64,000 nt of DNA from Macrostomum lignano (lineage: Eukaryota), in assembly GCA_002269645.1 (NCBI GenBank), contig NIVC01000361.1:62001-126000 (forward strand). The letters are read 5' to 3'. Shown here piece after piece: positions 48,629 to 60,805 of this stretch (its first letter is position 1; every line of letters starts with the position of its first letter). The notes beneath the pieces were generated by a model. It was not told where the DNA came from. It made no database searches and was given only the letters and a program-made list of their open reading frames with translations. Both the position numbers and the translations under genes were made by a program.

Positions 48629-49029
48629 GTAATATGCTTTCTTTATTATTACTGCTCACCCAAACTAATTAACTATTGAGAACCGGTAAATACCAAAAGA
48701 CAGGTGAGCCCGGCATCAATAGAGAATATCGATTGGCTACTTTATATTAGATTTTACACAGCAGTAGGGAATGTCATTTAAATCATCCTAACTCAAGCTT
48801 ATTACATACTGGCATAGTACAGGTGAATAAGGTTACTTGGAGGCGATGCGTCCCACCCCAAATGAAACATAACGAGGCCAACAGACTCTGAAATGATAGG
48901 GATTTATATTTTAACGGCCTTAATGACTCCAATAAACAGTGGCGCCAACCAAGGGACAGACACCAGCCTGTTTCTGATATACAGCTGTAGGGGCACTAAC
49001 CAACTGGTGCCCAACCAATAACATGGGAG

Positions 49030-49905
49030 AGCCAACCAAGAGATAGGAGAGCGGCGCCAACCAAGAGATAGGAGAGCGGCGCCAACTAAGAGATAGGAGA
49101 GCGGCGCCAACTAAGAGATAGGAGAGCGGCGCCAACTAAGAGATAGGAGAGCGGCGCCAACCAAGAGATAGGAGAGCGGCGCCAACTAAGAGATAGGAGA
49201 GCGGCGCCAACCAAGAGATAGGAGAGCGGCGCCAACTAAGAGATAGGAGAGCGGCGCCAACTAAGAGATAGGAGAGCGGGGCCAACTAAGAGATAGGAGA
49301 GCGGCGCCAACCAAGAGATAGGAGAGCGGCGCCAACTAAGAGATAGGAGAGCGGCGCCAACTAAGAGATAGGAGAGCGGCGCCAACTAAGAGATAGGAGA
49401 GCGGGGCCAACTAAGAGATAGGAGAGCGGCGCCAACCAAGATATAGGGGAGCGGCGCCAACCAAGATATAGGGAAGGGGCGCCAACCAAGATATAGGGGA
49501 GGGGCGCCAACTAAGAGATAGGGGAGGGGCGCCAACCAAGATATAGGGGAGGGGCGCCAACCAAGAGATAGGAGAGCGGCGCCAACTAGGAGATAGGGAA
49601 GGGGCGCCAACGAAGACAGAAGCGCCAACCAAGAGATGGGGGAGGGGTGCCAACCAAGAGATAGGGGAGGGGCGCCAACGAAGACAGAAGCGCCAACCAA
49701 GAGATGGGGGAGGGGTGCCAACCAAGAGATAGGGGAGGGGCGCCAACGAAGACAGAATCGCCAACCAAGAGATAGGGGAGGGGCGCCAACGAAGACAGAA
49801 GCGCCAACCAAGAAATAGGGTAGGGGTGCCAACTAAGAGTTAGGGGAGGGGCGCCAACCAAGAGATAGGAGAGGGGCGCCAACGAAGACAGAAGCGCCAA
49901 CCAAG
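49030..49905. repeat. 25-bp minisatellite (GGCGCCAAC core) with length variants
   Basis: Unit GAGCGGCGCCAACTAAGAGATAGGA. Confidence 0.94.
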
Positions 49906-51243
49906 AGACAGTGGATCCGTTACTGTAGATAGAATTTTAGGATATAGAAGCATTCAGATTCACCAAATGTGTACCAATGCAGAACATGTTTAAAAAAGCT
50001 TAACTGTAGACAACTGGATTGACAGTTAACTTGATTTTTTAGATATAGAAACTATATCGGAGCAAGTCACTGGCACCAAAGCTGTCCTATAAAACACTAT
50101 ACTGTACTCCACGAAAACTATTATAGTTAAAACCGTAGCCTCTTTACCTAGTTTAGCAAAGTAAGTACAGAGGCTCGGTGTCGTGGAGGTTAAAAGTCTT
50201 GAAAGCGATGCAATAGTCACTGTAGGTAGCTGGATTGACAGTCTATTTGATATACAGCCTTGTTAAAGCTGGCAAATCACTGGCACCAAAGTTACCCTTA
50301 TAGCGTAATATATCCACTGCCAATGCCTGATAGCCGTGACACCTTTGAGAGAAAACTGTGAAGGGTTTCATTTCAAAGGGACACAGGAGTGGAATAAACT
50401 GTAGCAATATTTAACTGATAATAATAATATATAAATAATGTGAACATTAAAACACCAATCGAGTCATTTGATTTTTATTGAAAAAAAATGGTTTAATCGA
50501 AATATATTTTTTACCTAACACAAATAGATGTATAATAAGCTTTAGCCAGTCAGCTTTTCGTCTTCAACAACAACACATTGCAGGCTAATAAACATTAATA
50601 AACAGCTATACGCCAACAAAAGATGGAGAGAGAAATCACTGGGCAAAGCTGAGACGGTGCTTCTATTGTATTAAGGAAATATTCAAGCTGGATATTGAAA
50701 TAAAAAAACACTAGCGACTATCAGTGTTCAGCTAATTGAACCGGTAATTTTGATTAATTATTAATAACGCGTATTAGTTTAACAGAGCATTGCCAGTAAC
50801 ACGATAGCTGTCTCAGTTAATCCGGGGGGGATATTAAATGGCAGCCGGCAGAGCAATAATAATTTCACTTATTTTTCAATAGATGAACAGACTCCTGTAA
50901 ATGCTTGCAGCACGCGTTATAGAGAAAACACACAGGGATGACAGATAGGTAACAAAAGTTACTCAAGATAGCTCCCCATCCCCCAGAAAATGAGACGCAC
51001 GGCCTGTCGCAACGCAAACAGTGATTGCCAAAATACAATAGAGATGTTTAAACTATAGCAAAATTTGAACTAACCAATGATACTACAAATATTTAAACTT
51101 TTTTAAATCATCCAAAAGATGGTAAACAAACCTATGCTAAGCTGACAAGTCTGGTAGAAAAAAACAGCTACAGTTGGTAAAAAATGTGTTCGTCAGAGGT
51201 CCTATTTAAACTCGCGAAGACCCCCAAATAGCAAGCAATGGTT

Positions 51244-51594
51244 TTACATCATGCCGCCCATACCACCCATGCCTCCCATACCTCCGCCCATACCGCCGGC
51301 GCCCATCTCCTTCTCCGGCTTAGGAATCTCGGTGACAACAGCCTCGGCTGTAGTCAGCAGCGAAGCCACACCGGCGGCGTCAACCAGGGCGGTGCGGACA
51401 ACCTTAGTGGGGTCGATGATGCCCTTCTCGATCATGTTCACGTACTGGCCGTTGAGAGCGTCGTAGCCCATATCACCGCCGAGTTCGGTGACCTTCTCAA
51501 CAACTAGATCGCCATTAATGCCGGCGTTGCTAGCGATAGTGTGGCAGGGGATGCGCAGAGCGCGGCGGACAATCTCAATGCCCACTGTCTGGTC
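51244..51594 (-). CDS. HSPD1: HSP60 coding exon 4
   Basis: [14 protein letters not shown]-terminal GGM repeats, TAA at 51246-51244; total CDS 1737 nt = 578 aa. Confidence 0.96.
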   Translation of the reverse strand, partial: DQTVGIEIVRRALRIPCHTIASNAGINGDLVVEKVTELGGDMGYDALNGQYVNMIEKGIIDPTKVVRTALVDAAGVASLLTTAEAVVTEIPKPEKEMGAGGMGGGMGGMGGMGGMM

Positions 51595-51894
51595 CTGTGG
51601 GAACGATGATGAATGCACTGAGTAAGTAGCAGTCAAGCAATTGAGAAAATCAACAGACATGGATAAGAGGGGCTACCCCCCCCCCTGACCACATACTAAG
51701 TACACTAGCCAGTGTACTCAACCCATGGATGAATAAAACCATATTTAGCAAAACTATAACTACTCTCTGTTCGGTAGTAAGAGCGTAAAAGCAACATTAG
51801 ATTATTCAAATGGAATTACTAGCTCCACTAGTGTATTTTGATCCACTACCAGACTTGGCCATAGATAAAAGAATTGAAAGCAGCAGTTGGCAGC

Positions 51895-52592
51895 CAAGGA
51901 CGACTTAAGTAGAAGGACGGGAAACCTCGTTTCTTAGAAAATTTTTGAAGGCACTTTTTCCCGAAAAAATACACTACGGAGATAGGAAATTTTTATTTTT
52001 TCAGCACAAAAAATGCTATTACTTTTGATAGGAGGCAGATCCAGTGCTCATCTTTTGATATGTTGTGCCTTTTTTATTGCTCTATCGATATTTATAAAGC
52101 TTTTAGTTCAGAAAATTAGGATTATATGTCAATTTTTTATTCTACGTACATTTCCTGTATCTGAAAATCACAAAAATGCATGACACAGCTCCAATATTTG
52201 CTTTTATGAACCTGTTTTATCATCTCTGTTACGAATATTTGCTAAACAGTCAGTTAAGAATGATAAAATAGACTTCTAAAACCAAAGAGCCGAGCCGTGG
52301 CATTCTAATGTATTTCAATCACAAGACACGTGAAAATATACGGAGAATAAAAAATTGACATAGAATCCTAATTTTCTGAACGAAAAGCTTTATAAATATC
52401 GATAGAGCAATAAAAAAGGCACAACATATCAAAAGATGAGCACTGGATCTGCCTCCTATCAAAAGTAATAGCATTTTTTGTGCTGAAAAAATAAAAATTT
52501 CCTATCTCCGTAGTGTATTTTTTCGGGAAAAAGTGCCTTCAAAAATTTTCTAAGAAACGAGGTTTCCCGTCCTTCTACTTAAGTCGTCCTTG
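51895..52592. mobile_element. 698-bp foldback MITE, P-element-superfamily-like
   Basis: ~259-bp near-perfect TIRs starting CAAGGACGACTTAAGTA, 180-bp spacer, exact 8-bp TSD TTGGCAGC (51887-51894, 52593-52600). CANRG ends with a 7-8-bp TSD are characteristic of the P superfamily. Confidence 0.85.
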
Positions 52593-52677
52593 TTGGCAGC
52601 GTGTGACAAGGAGTTCAAGGAGTTCTATAATTAGCATCTGGAGTGGAAGGACACTTAAAACACTTAACCAATCATAC

Positions 52678-53085
52678 CGGATTGACAGGCTTCAGCGTGT
52701 CCAGAGACGGCCTGCAGCGGAGCAGAGCAACGCCGCCGCCAGGCACGATGCCCTCCTCAACGGCTGCCCGAGTAGCGTTCAGAGCGTCCGTGTAGCGATC
52801 GCGCTTCTCGCTGACCTCAACCTCCGAGGAGCCGCCGACGCGGATGACGGCGACGCCGTTGCTGAGCTTGGCCAGACGCTCCTGCAGCTTCTCCTTCTCG
52901 TAGTCGCTGCTGGTGTCTTCAATCTCGTCCTTGATCTGGTTGACTCGCTTGTCAATGCTGGCCCGCTCGCCTTTGCCCTTCATCAGCAGGGTGTCGTCCT
53001 TGGTGACGATGGCCTCGCCGACCCTGCCGAAATCGCTAGCCTGGATGTCCTCCAGCTTGTACATGTCGGCTTCGTCGCCGAAGAC
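52678..53085 (-). CDS. HSPD1: HSP60 coding exon 3
   Basis: [40 protein letters not shown]; acceptor 53087-53086, donor 52677. Confidence 0.96.
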
Positions 53086-53179
53086 CTGCGGTGTCAAATT
53101 AGGGCAAAATCGGTTCATCTCAACAGTCTCTGAGTTTTTATATTGTTAAAGCTTAAAATCTGTATGGTTTTGCTGTGTA

Positions 53180-54062
53180 TTATGGCGCCTCTCTAGTGTG
53201 TATTATGACACCTCTCTAGTGTGTATTATGGCGCCTCTCTAGTGTGTATTATGACACCTCTCTAGTGTGTATTATGGCGCCTCTCTAATGTGTATTATGA
53301 CACCTCTCTAGTGTGTATTATGGCGCCTCTCTAGTGTGTATTATGACACCTCTCTAATGTGTATTATGGCGCCTCTCTAGTGTGTATTATGGCACCTCTC
53401 TAATGTGTATTATGGCGCCTCTCTAGTGTGTATTATGGCACCTCTCTAATGTGTATTATGGCGCCTCTCTAGTGTGTATTATGACACCTCTCTAGTGTGT
53501 ATTATGGCGCCTCTCTAGTGTGTATTATGGCGCCTCTCTAGTGTGTATTATGGCGCCTCTCTAGTGTGTATTATGACGCCTCTCTAGTGTGTATTATGGC
53601 ACCTCTCTAGTGTGTATTATGGCGCCTCTCTAGTGTGTATTATGGCGCCTCTCTAGTGTGTATTATGGCACCTCTCTAATGTGTATTATGGCGCCTCTCT
53701 AGTGTGTATTATGACACCTCTCTAGTGTGTATTATGGCGCCTCTCTAGTGTCTATTATGGCGCCTCTCTAGTGTGTATTATGGCGCCTCTCTAGTGTGTA
53801 TTATGGCGCCTCTCTAGTGTGTATTATGACACCTCTCTAGTGTGTATTATGGCACCTCTCTAGTGTGTATTATGGCACCTCTCTAATGTGTATTATGGCG
53901 CCTCTCTAATTTGTATTATGGCACCTCTCTAGTGTGTATTATGGCACCTCTCTAGTGTGTATTATGGCGCCTCTCTAGTGTGTATTATGGCACCTCTCTA
54001 GTGTGTATTATGACACCTCTCTAGTGTGTATTATGGCGCCTCTCTAGTGTGTATTATGGCGC
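53180..54062. repeat. 23-bp minisatellite (GGCGCC core) filling HSP60 intron 2
   Basis: Unit TATTATGGCGCCTCTCTAGTGTG. Confidence 0.95.
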
Positions 54063-54148
54063 TCCCACTTTTATGGTTAAAATCCGCACCCCCTTCATTT
54101 TATATCTCTAAACCCGCCTCTGGGAACATACTATAAACCATGGCTAAC

Positions 54149-54417
54149 CTGTCCGCCAGTGGCAATGGCCATATCCAGCATCGTGTTCTTGCGATTATCG
54201 CCAAAACCGGGCGCCTTGACGGCGCAGACCTGCAGGCCAACTTTCAGCCTATTGAGCACCAGAGTAGTCAGGGCCTCGCCGTCAACATCTTCGGCAATAA
54301 TGAGCAGCGGCTTGCGATGCGAGTTAGCCAGCTCAAGAGCCGGGATCAACTGCTGGGCGTTGGAGATTTTCTTCTCGCTAAATAGGACGAGAGCGTCTGA
54401 GAACTCACACTTCGCAC
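54149..54417 (-). CDS. HSPD1: HSP60 coding exon 2
   Basis: [26 protein letters not shown]; acceptor 54419-54418, donor 54148. Confidence 0.96.
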
Positions 54418-54504
54418 CTGAAATGGTGAAGGTTATACTTTCTTTTTTAGCAACAGAAAATAATACTGGCTTTCTTAGTTTTATCTAAATTAAAGGATAT
54501 AAAA

Positions 54505-54990
54505 GTGGGGTAGCAGTGCAATCTGAAAGATCTGAGGGTGGGGGTAGCAGTGCATCTCAAAGATCTGAGGGGGTAGCAGTGCAATCTCAAGGATCTGAGG
54601 GGGGTGGCAGTGCATCTCAAGGATCTGAGGGGGTAGCAGTGCATCTCAAGGATCTGAGGGGGTAGCAGTGCATCTCAAGGATCTGAGGGGGGTAGCAGTG
54701 CATCTCAAGGATCTGAGGGGGTAGCAGTGCAATCTCAAGGATCTGAGGGGGTAGCAGTGCAATCTCAAGGATCTGAGGGTAGCAGTGCAATCTGAAGGAT
54801 CTGAGGGGGGTAGCAGTGCATCTCAAGGATCTGAGGGGGTAGCAGTGCATCTCAAAGATCTGAGGGGGGGGCGTAGCAGTGCATCTCAAGGATCTGAGGG
54901 GGGTAGCAGTGCATCTCAAGGATCTGAGGGGGGGGGGGGTAGCAGTGCATCTCAAGGATCTGAGGGGGTAGCAGTGCAATCTGAAGGATG
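54505..54990. repeat. ~29-bp minisatellite in HSP60 intron 1
   Basis: Unit GGATCTGAGGGGGTAGCAGTGCATCTCAA. Confidence 0.94.
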
Positions 54991-55070
54991 GTTTCACATG
55001 CGTTAATGTGGGGAAGTACTATTACTTTTGAGTTCGCTGGCCAAATAGAAAAATGGAAATTAATCAGCTA

Positions 55071-55799
<729 letters not shown>

Positions 55800-57101
55800 T
55801 TATTTAGGGCAACTAGCTGAAAAATACAAATAACAGAGGCCAGACTGGATATTAAGGCTTATAAGAACAATTTTTAAATAGTGTTTTTGCCTATGAAAGA
55901 GGCCCAATTCAATTTAGCCTATGAGGGCAAAAAAAGAAAAAGGCCAAGTTTTTGCCAAAAAGGCCAAAAATATGAAGCACATATCAGATTTCAGGTTAAG
56001 TTTGCTAGTAATTTTTAATATAAAATTTATTTCTTCTAAAATAATTTTAAGCCAGAGACAACTTACAAAAACAATTGATAAAACAGGATAAAGATGCTAA
56101 TTTATGCTTGTAATGGGTCTGTTTATGAATAGCCAAAGGCAAATGTTGCTTAAACTAAAGCTTTAAAGCCAATTGGAGTGAATAAGGGTCTAATAGAATG
56201 TTAGGTTGATGCAAAAATCAAATAGTGGACCTTTAGGCCTACCTATAAAAGTATTCTTTTGATCTTATGCAGCTATACAAAGTTTGCCTTGAGCATTTTC
56301 ATACTTAGGGTGCATTTGAGTAGCTTAAAATAGGTTAAAATAACTTAAAATGACTTAAAATGATTTCAAGTGCTATTTTAATGTCCTCAGCAAAAAAAAC
56401 AAATGACAAGATTTTATTTCAAAAAAACCGTTAAGTATTTATAAACAAGGTTTTTAGAATTATAAATACCTGTTTTAATACTTTAAGCAAGTAGATAGTC
56501 AGTCTAAACCTGTTTTCTACATTTTGAGACAATAAATTATTACAAAAATTGCTAAGTGAGAAATATTTGTCAATGCTGCTTCAGTAAATTGCTTTCTACT
56601 ATTGTTGTTCTTTTAGTGTGAATAATTTTTTTAATGATAGTAAATATCAGTCTAAATTACTTTATTGATAGGTGTGATCAAGTCTGCGGCAATGCATAAA
56701 TTCTTTGAGCATGGTGCCAAAAGAATAGTGGTAAAATTATCCACACATTATTTTCTATTATAAGTACCCACAGATTGACTAATGTACTATTAGAAGCAGC
56801 TTTACATGTAATTACATGCAAGTAGCTAGCACTGGTAAGGCTGTCTTATCACTTCTATTGACTTATGCCAGAATATGTTTACACAAGGCAGCAATTGAAT
56901 ATTTTCAGGAAAACTAAAAGGAAAAATACTGAACTTCTGAAGATAGTTGCCAGTCTATATGATACTTGTAAAAAGATACCTGGCTTATGCATCAACTCCC
57001 CATATATGCAATGTACTATTTTTACTGTTGATAGTTTTCTGAATTATTTACTAATGATGAGAATGTGCCTTATCTTTATTCCTTTAATTTTTTAATCAAT
57101 A

Positions 57102-57116
57102 TTAACCCTTTCCTCC
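57102..57116. mobile_element. Possible piggyBac terminus TTAA|CCCTTTCCTCC
   Basis: TTAA followed by CCCTT on the downstream side of the transposase; no matching opposite terminus found. Confidence 0.35.
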
Positions 57117-57436
57117 AAACTGTCATTCTCAATTTTTAGTCCTTAAACTTTATTTCTACTTTTACTTATTAACTCATAAATAGAATTGATATTTTGTACA
57201 CACTGCTTAAATTATTGGTATAAAAATCTATCAAAAATAATTTTCAAGTCAATTTTAAACATACTTTGTAGAAAATTAATTACATGTCTCTTTCATATTG
57301 TGATTGCAAGGTGTGAGGAGGAAAGAGAAATTGCTGAAAGGATGCTTTTAATTTTTGTTTTTGTTGGAAACTGCTTATTTTCCTTTAGGTTAGATGGCAC
57401 TGTCTATGGCAATCATCACAGATCAAGAATTATACA

Positions 57437-58463
57437 TGTAGTGATCCGCTAGTTGGTGTTAGGCATCCCACTCTGTTGGTAGCTACCCTTGCCCTCGCCC
57501 TGGGTTGCTGTCTGCCGCTGGGCAGCTTCCCGCTTCCCTCCTCTTGGCTGTCTGTTGCTGCCCCTCCCTTTCTTCTGCCCATGTTGCCCTGCGTTTCTCA
57601 GCCCGCGACTTCTCTGTTGCGGGCTGTCCTTGTTTCGTCATTCTCTGTCTCCCTGTCTTGTGAGCTAGTCACATGACAGTTTCTGCGTTCTCTGAGTCTT
57701 AAAGTGCAGTAAACATGTTTATTGCACTTGCTGGCCCTGTTTACCGGGAGAGTCACATGCTTTCGGCCCCTCCCTTTTCTAAGGAGAGGAGTGACTCATG
57801 TTGCTAAAAATAGCAACTGAGTCACAGCCATGTGCACTCTGCCGGGAGACCCTCAAGTGACGTCAGTTCTAAAAATAGAACAAGTCACGAGGTCTTCCGC
57901 GCGCTTGTACCCTGCCCGAGACTCTCGAGTGACGTCAGTTCTAAAAATAGAACAAGTCATGAGGTCTTGGTCGCGGGTGTTTTCTGGCTATAAATAGGAC
58001 CCCTCTCCCCTTGTTTCCATCAAGGAGTTTTCAGCTTTGTGTCAGCTTCTGCTTAGTGTCTGTTCTGTCCAACCTCGAGTGCCACGTCCGCGTGTGACTA
58101 AGTCCCGAGTGTCCGAGTGTTTGCGTAATTGATTCTGTTCTTATTGATCCGACTGAGACCCGACCAAGCCAACCCAAGCCTACGAGAGGCTAACTCAGCC
58201 CTCCCTCTACCATCCTAGCCCGGCAGGTACTGCTGACGAGACGCCTTGTACGTTGCGCTCTAAAACCTGCACGCTGTGCTGTGTTCATTGACTCCATTAT
58301 TTCGTTCCAACGGGAAGCTCACCTCACCGAAGGCTGAGACCTGAAGGAACTGGTGGTAGCACTACCTACGCTACTGAGATTTGAGAGAACTTCCCTCGGA
58401 AGAGGCACGAGACTTAAGGTAATCTTAAGTGCCTAAACCGGGAAGAAACCCCACTGTACTTCA
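57437..58463. mobile_element. Solo LTR (probably Gypsy-type), 1027 bp
   Basis: TGTAGT...ACTTCA ends, 4-bp TSD TACA on both sides, GC-richer than flanks, TATAAAT at 57989 preceded by enhancer-like repeats. Orientation not certain (+ favoured). Confidence 0.7.
57791..57997. promoter_or_regulatory. LTR enhancer cassette: MEF2-type, CRE and AP-1 consensus sites plus TATA
   Basis: CTAAAAATAG x3, TGACGTCA x2, TGACTCA/TGAGTCA pair, CTATAAATAG. Confidence 0.55.
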
Positions 58464-58789
58464 TACAACTAGGACCAAGTTTACACCTGCATATATTAAA
58501 AACGAATAATAATATTTGAAGTAGCTAGTACATTGTATCTTATATATAGTATAGTATAATACAAACATAGATCATGCTTTCTATATTGATAACACAAACT
58601 AATGCAAAAAAGAATTAGTATTTATGAAGTAATCTTGGTTATTAATAAATAGAATGAGCTGTGTATAACTGAACTGTATTTCAACAGAAAACACAGTAGA
58701 ATAGGTGACAAAAAAAGGAATTCAGATCATGAATAAATAGAAATATGCATTGGGCCGCCAAAACTTCATTGATTTTTTAAACACAAAAG

Positions 58790-59715
58790 CCACTTATCCT
58801 ACCATGGTCAATTAGGATGAACACAAACACAATACAAGAACTCCTCGACAAGTGGCACAAACTGTCACTATTCTTTTCACCATGCCATGCTGATAGCATG
58901 ATTTGAAGAACCACTGGATGCTTTTTTGACTGGCCAAGTATGGGTGTAAAGCAGAATCCATGTGGTCAATACCACCTATGCTATTAAAGCACAAGAGCAT
59001 GCTAGTCAGTTTGGTGATTATCTAAATGCTGCCGCCACAATGAGTGCACTAAGCCTACCTACATTTGGCCAATCCAATAGTGTCTAATACAAAAATAGTC
59101 TTAACACTACTCTGTTTCCTGTCAACAAACTTGCAGGCAAGCACATTTCCAGAGTGTGCAAAGGCAAAAGAAGTTGGTTGCAGATTTACAGCCTACAGCA
59201 GGTTTGGGATGCCACAGTTTTTGTGCATTGTGCCAGTGAGAAGAACATCTTGTTACAGTAGCTACATAGCAAGTCTGCAAAGTGAACCAACTGCCTATGA
59301 AAATATTATAGCCTAGGTAAAGCAAATTGTGGCACAACTCAGCCACAACTCTCTCACTCATGGACAAATTTTGACAGCCCAGTCCATCACCAAACAATTG
59401 GTTGGCTTCAGTTGATGTATAGATTTTAAAATTCCATTTAGGTAGGTCATGTTGGACTCACAGATATAGTACATCTTGATTCTATACTTGCTGCTCTTTG
59501 TTGGGATATACTGCTTGAACAACAAGCTTCCCTTGTATAGCATGAGACTTTTGTAATTAAGAGCCGCTGATAAGGCATGTAGTTGTTGCTGCACAGCTGC
59601 TTAGCCTGTTGCAAGAAAGGTTGCATCTTAGCCAAGGGACCCCCATGCAGAGCCTTAGTACAATCAAAAAAGTGCAAATAGGACAAGATCTTTTTGAACC
59701 TGTCTCTAGGAAGAG
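58790..59715 (-). pseudogene. Decayed piggyBac (PGBD-type) transposase
   Basis: Fragments in several frames: RDRFKKILSYLHF, SLMLYKG..FKQYIP..KY.IKMY..CES, SERVV..L..LGY.IF, GGIDHMD..HPY, Cys-rich tail CATC..LC; stops and frameshifts. Confidence 0.85.
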
Positions 59716-60579
59716 AACAAAAATGCAACTTACCTGTAAAAAAAACCCTAATGCAATTTTGGGTAAACGGCAGGAGTAACTATGACTGTCTTAAAAGGGA
59801 TAAACGCCTTATCATCTAATTACTACTACAACATCTATATTTTTCAGGCTGGGAATTTTTGCAACTTGCTCCTAGTCTACCACAATTTACGGTGGCCAGA
59901 TTGGTTAGCAGTTGTGCATGTATGCATACTTTGGTATTACCAACATTTAATTTCAAAAGAAATTAACTGAGATTTGTTGTAAGCATTTTGACTCAAACAT
60001 TTGTTTTATTTTTGGCACCTCTAAATTGTCCAAGTTTGTGCAAAACCTGAAAGGCAGTATTCCAATCACCTTGTACTCTATATATGTACTCTGTATTCTG
60101 TATATTCGAAGCTTTACATATTAAAGACTGCAAACCTTCTTTTAACATTCAATTAGCAAGGAAAGGTGGCAGTGTACATCTAAGAATTTTTTAGTTATAT
60201 TAACTATATAATTTTAATGTACAATTCTAGCTTTTTGGTAACCATACTCTAATTGATGATATATGTTTTGCATCTTTCTTACTTTGTTGGTCTCACAAAT
60301 ATTTTATTCTGTTTGACAATATTGTATGTTTAGCAAAACATGTTGTACAAAAAAATTTTTAATTTTATTTGCCAGCAATATCCACAAATATTTGTTAGCT
60401 TTGTCTTTCTGATCTTATTAAACTAAAGTAGCTTGCCTAAAAAACAGTGGAAAAAGTTTTTTTCATAGTTTACTAAATTAAAAAAATAGACTAGTTTTTA
60501 TTAATTTTTGTTGCAAAGTTGAAGATTTATATGTTGCAAACTTAAAATTTAGGTTTTTATTTTTTTGGTTTGTCTTGAA

Positions 60580-60805
60580 AAATTTCTTGCGGGAAAATCT
60601 TTCTGCTGGAAAAAGTGTATGCAGGGAAAATTTGTGCAGGAAAATCTTGGTGGTAAAAGCTCGGCAGGAAAATCTCAACGGGGAAATTATCATGCAGGAA
60701 ACTCTTGCTGTGGTAAAAACTCGCTGCGGGAGAATCTTGTGCGGGGAAAGCTCCTGCAGCAAATTTTTGTTGCGGGAAAAACTTGCTGCGGGAAAATCTT
60801 GTGCT
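60580..60805. repeat. Degenerate GCGGGAAAA-type repeat
   Basis: Imperfect iterations of GCRGGAAAAT(C/T)TTG. Confidence 0.7.

Noticed and set aside
51600-51625. ATGATGA...CTGA C/D-box-like motif in an HSP60 intron
   Set aside because: On the strand opposite the host transcript and far too short for a snoRNA.
3484-54990. Idea that intronic arrays avoid AG/GT or have a uniform G/C strand bias
   Set aside because: True for the 3484 array, but several others (5934, 8620, 13775) contain AG/GT or the opposite skew.
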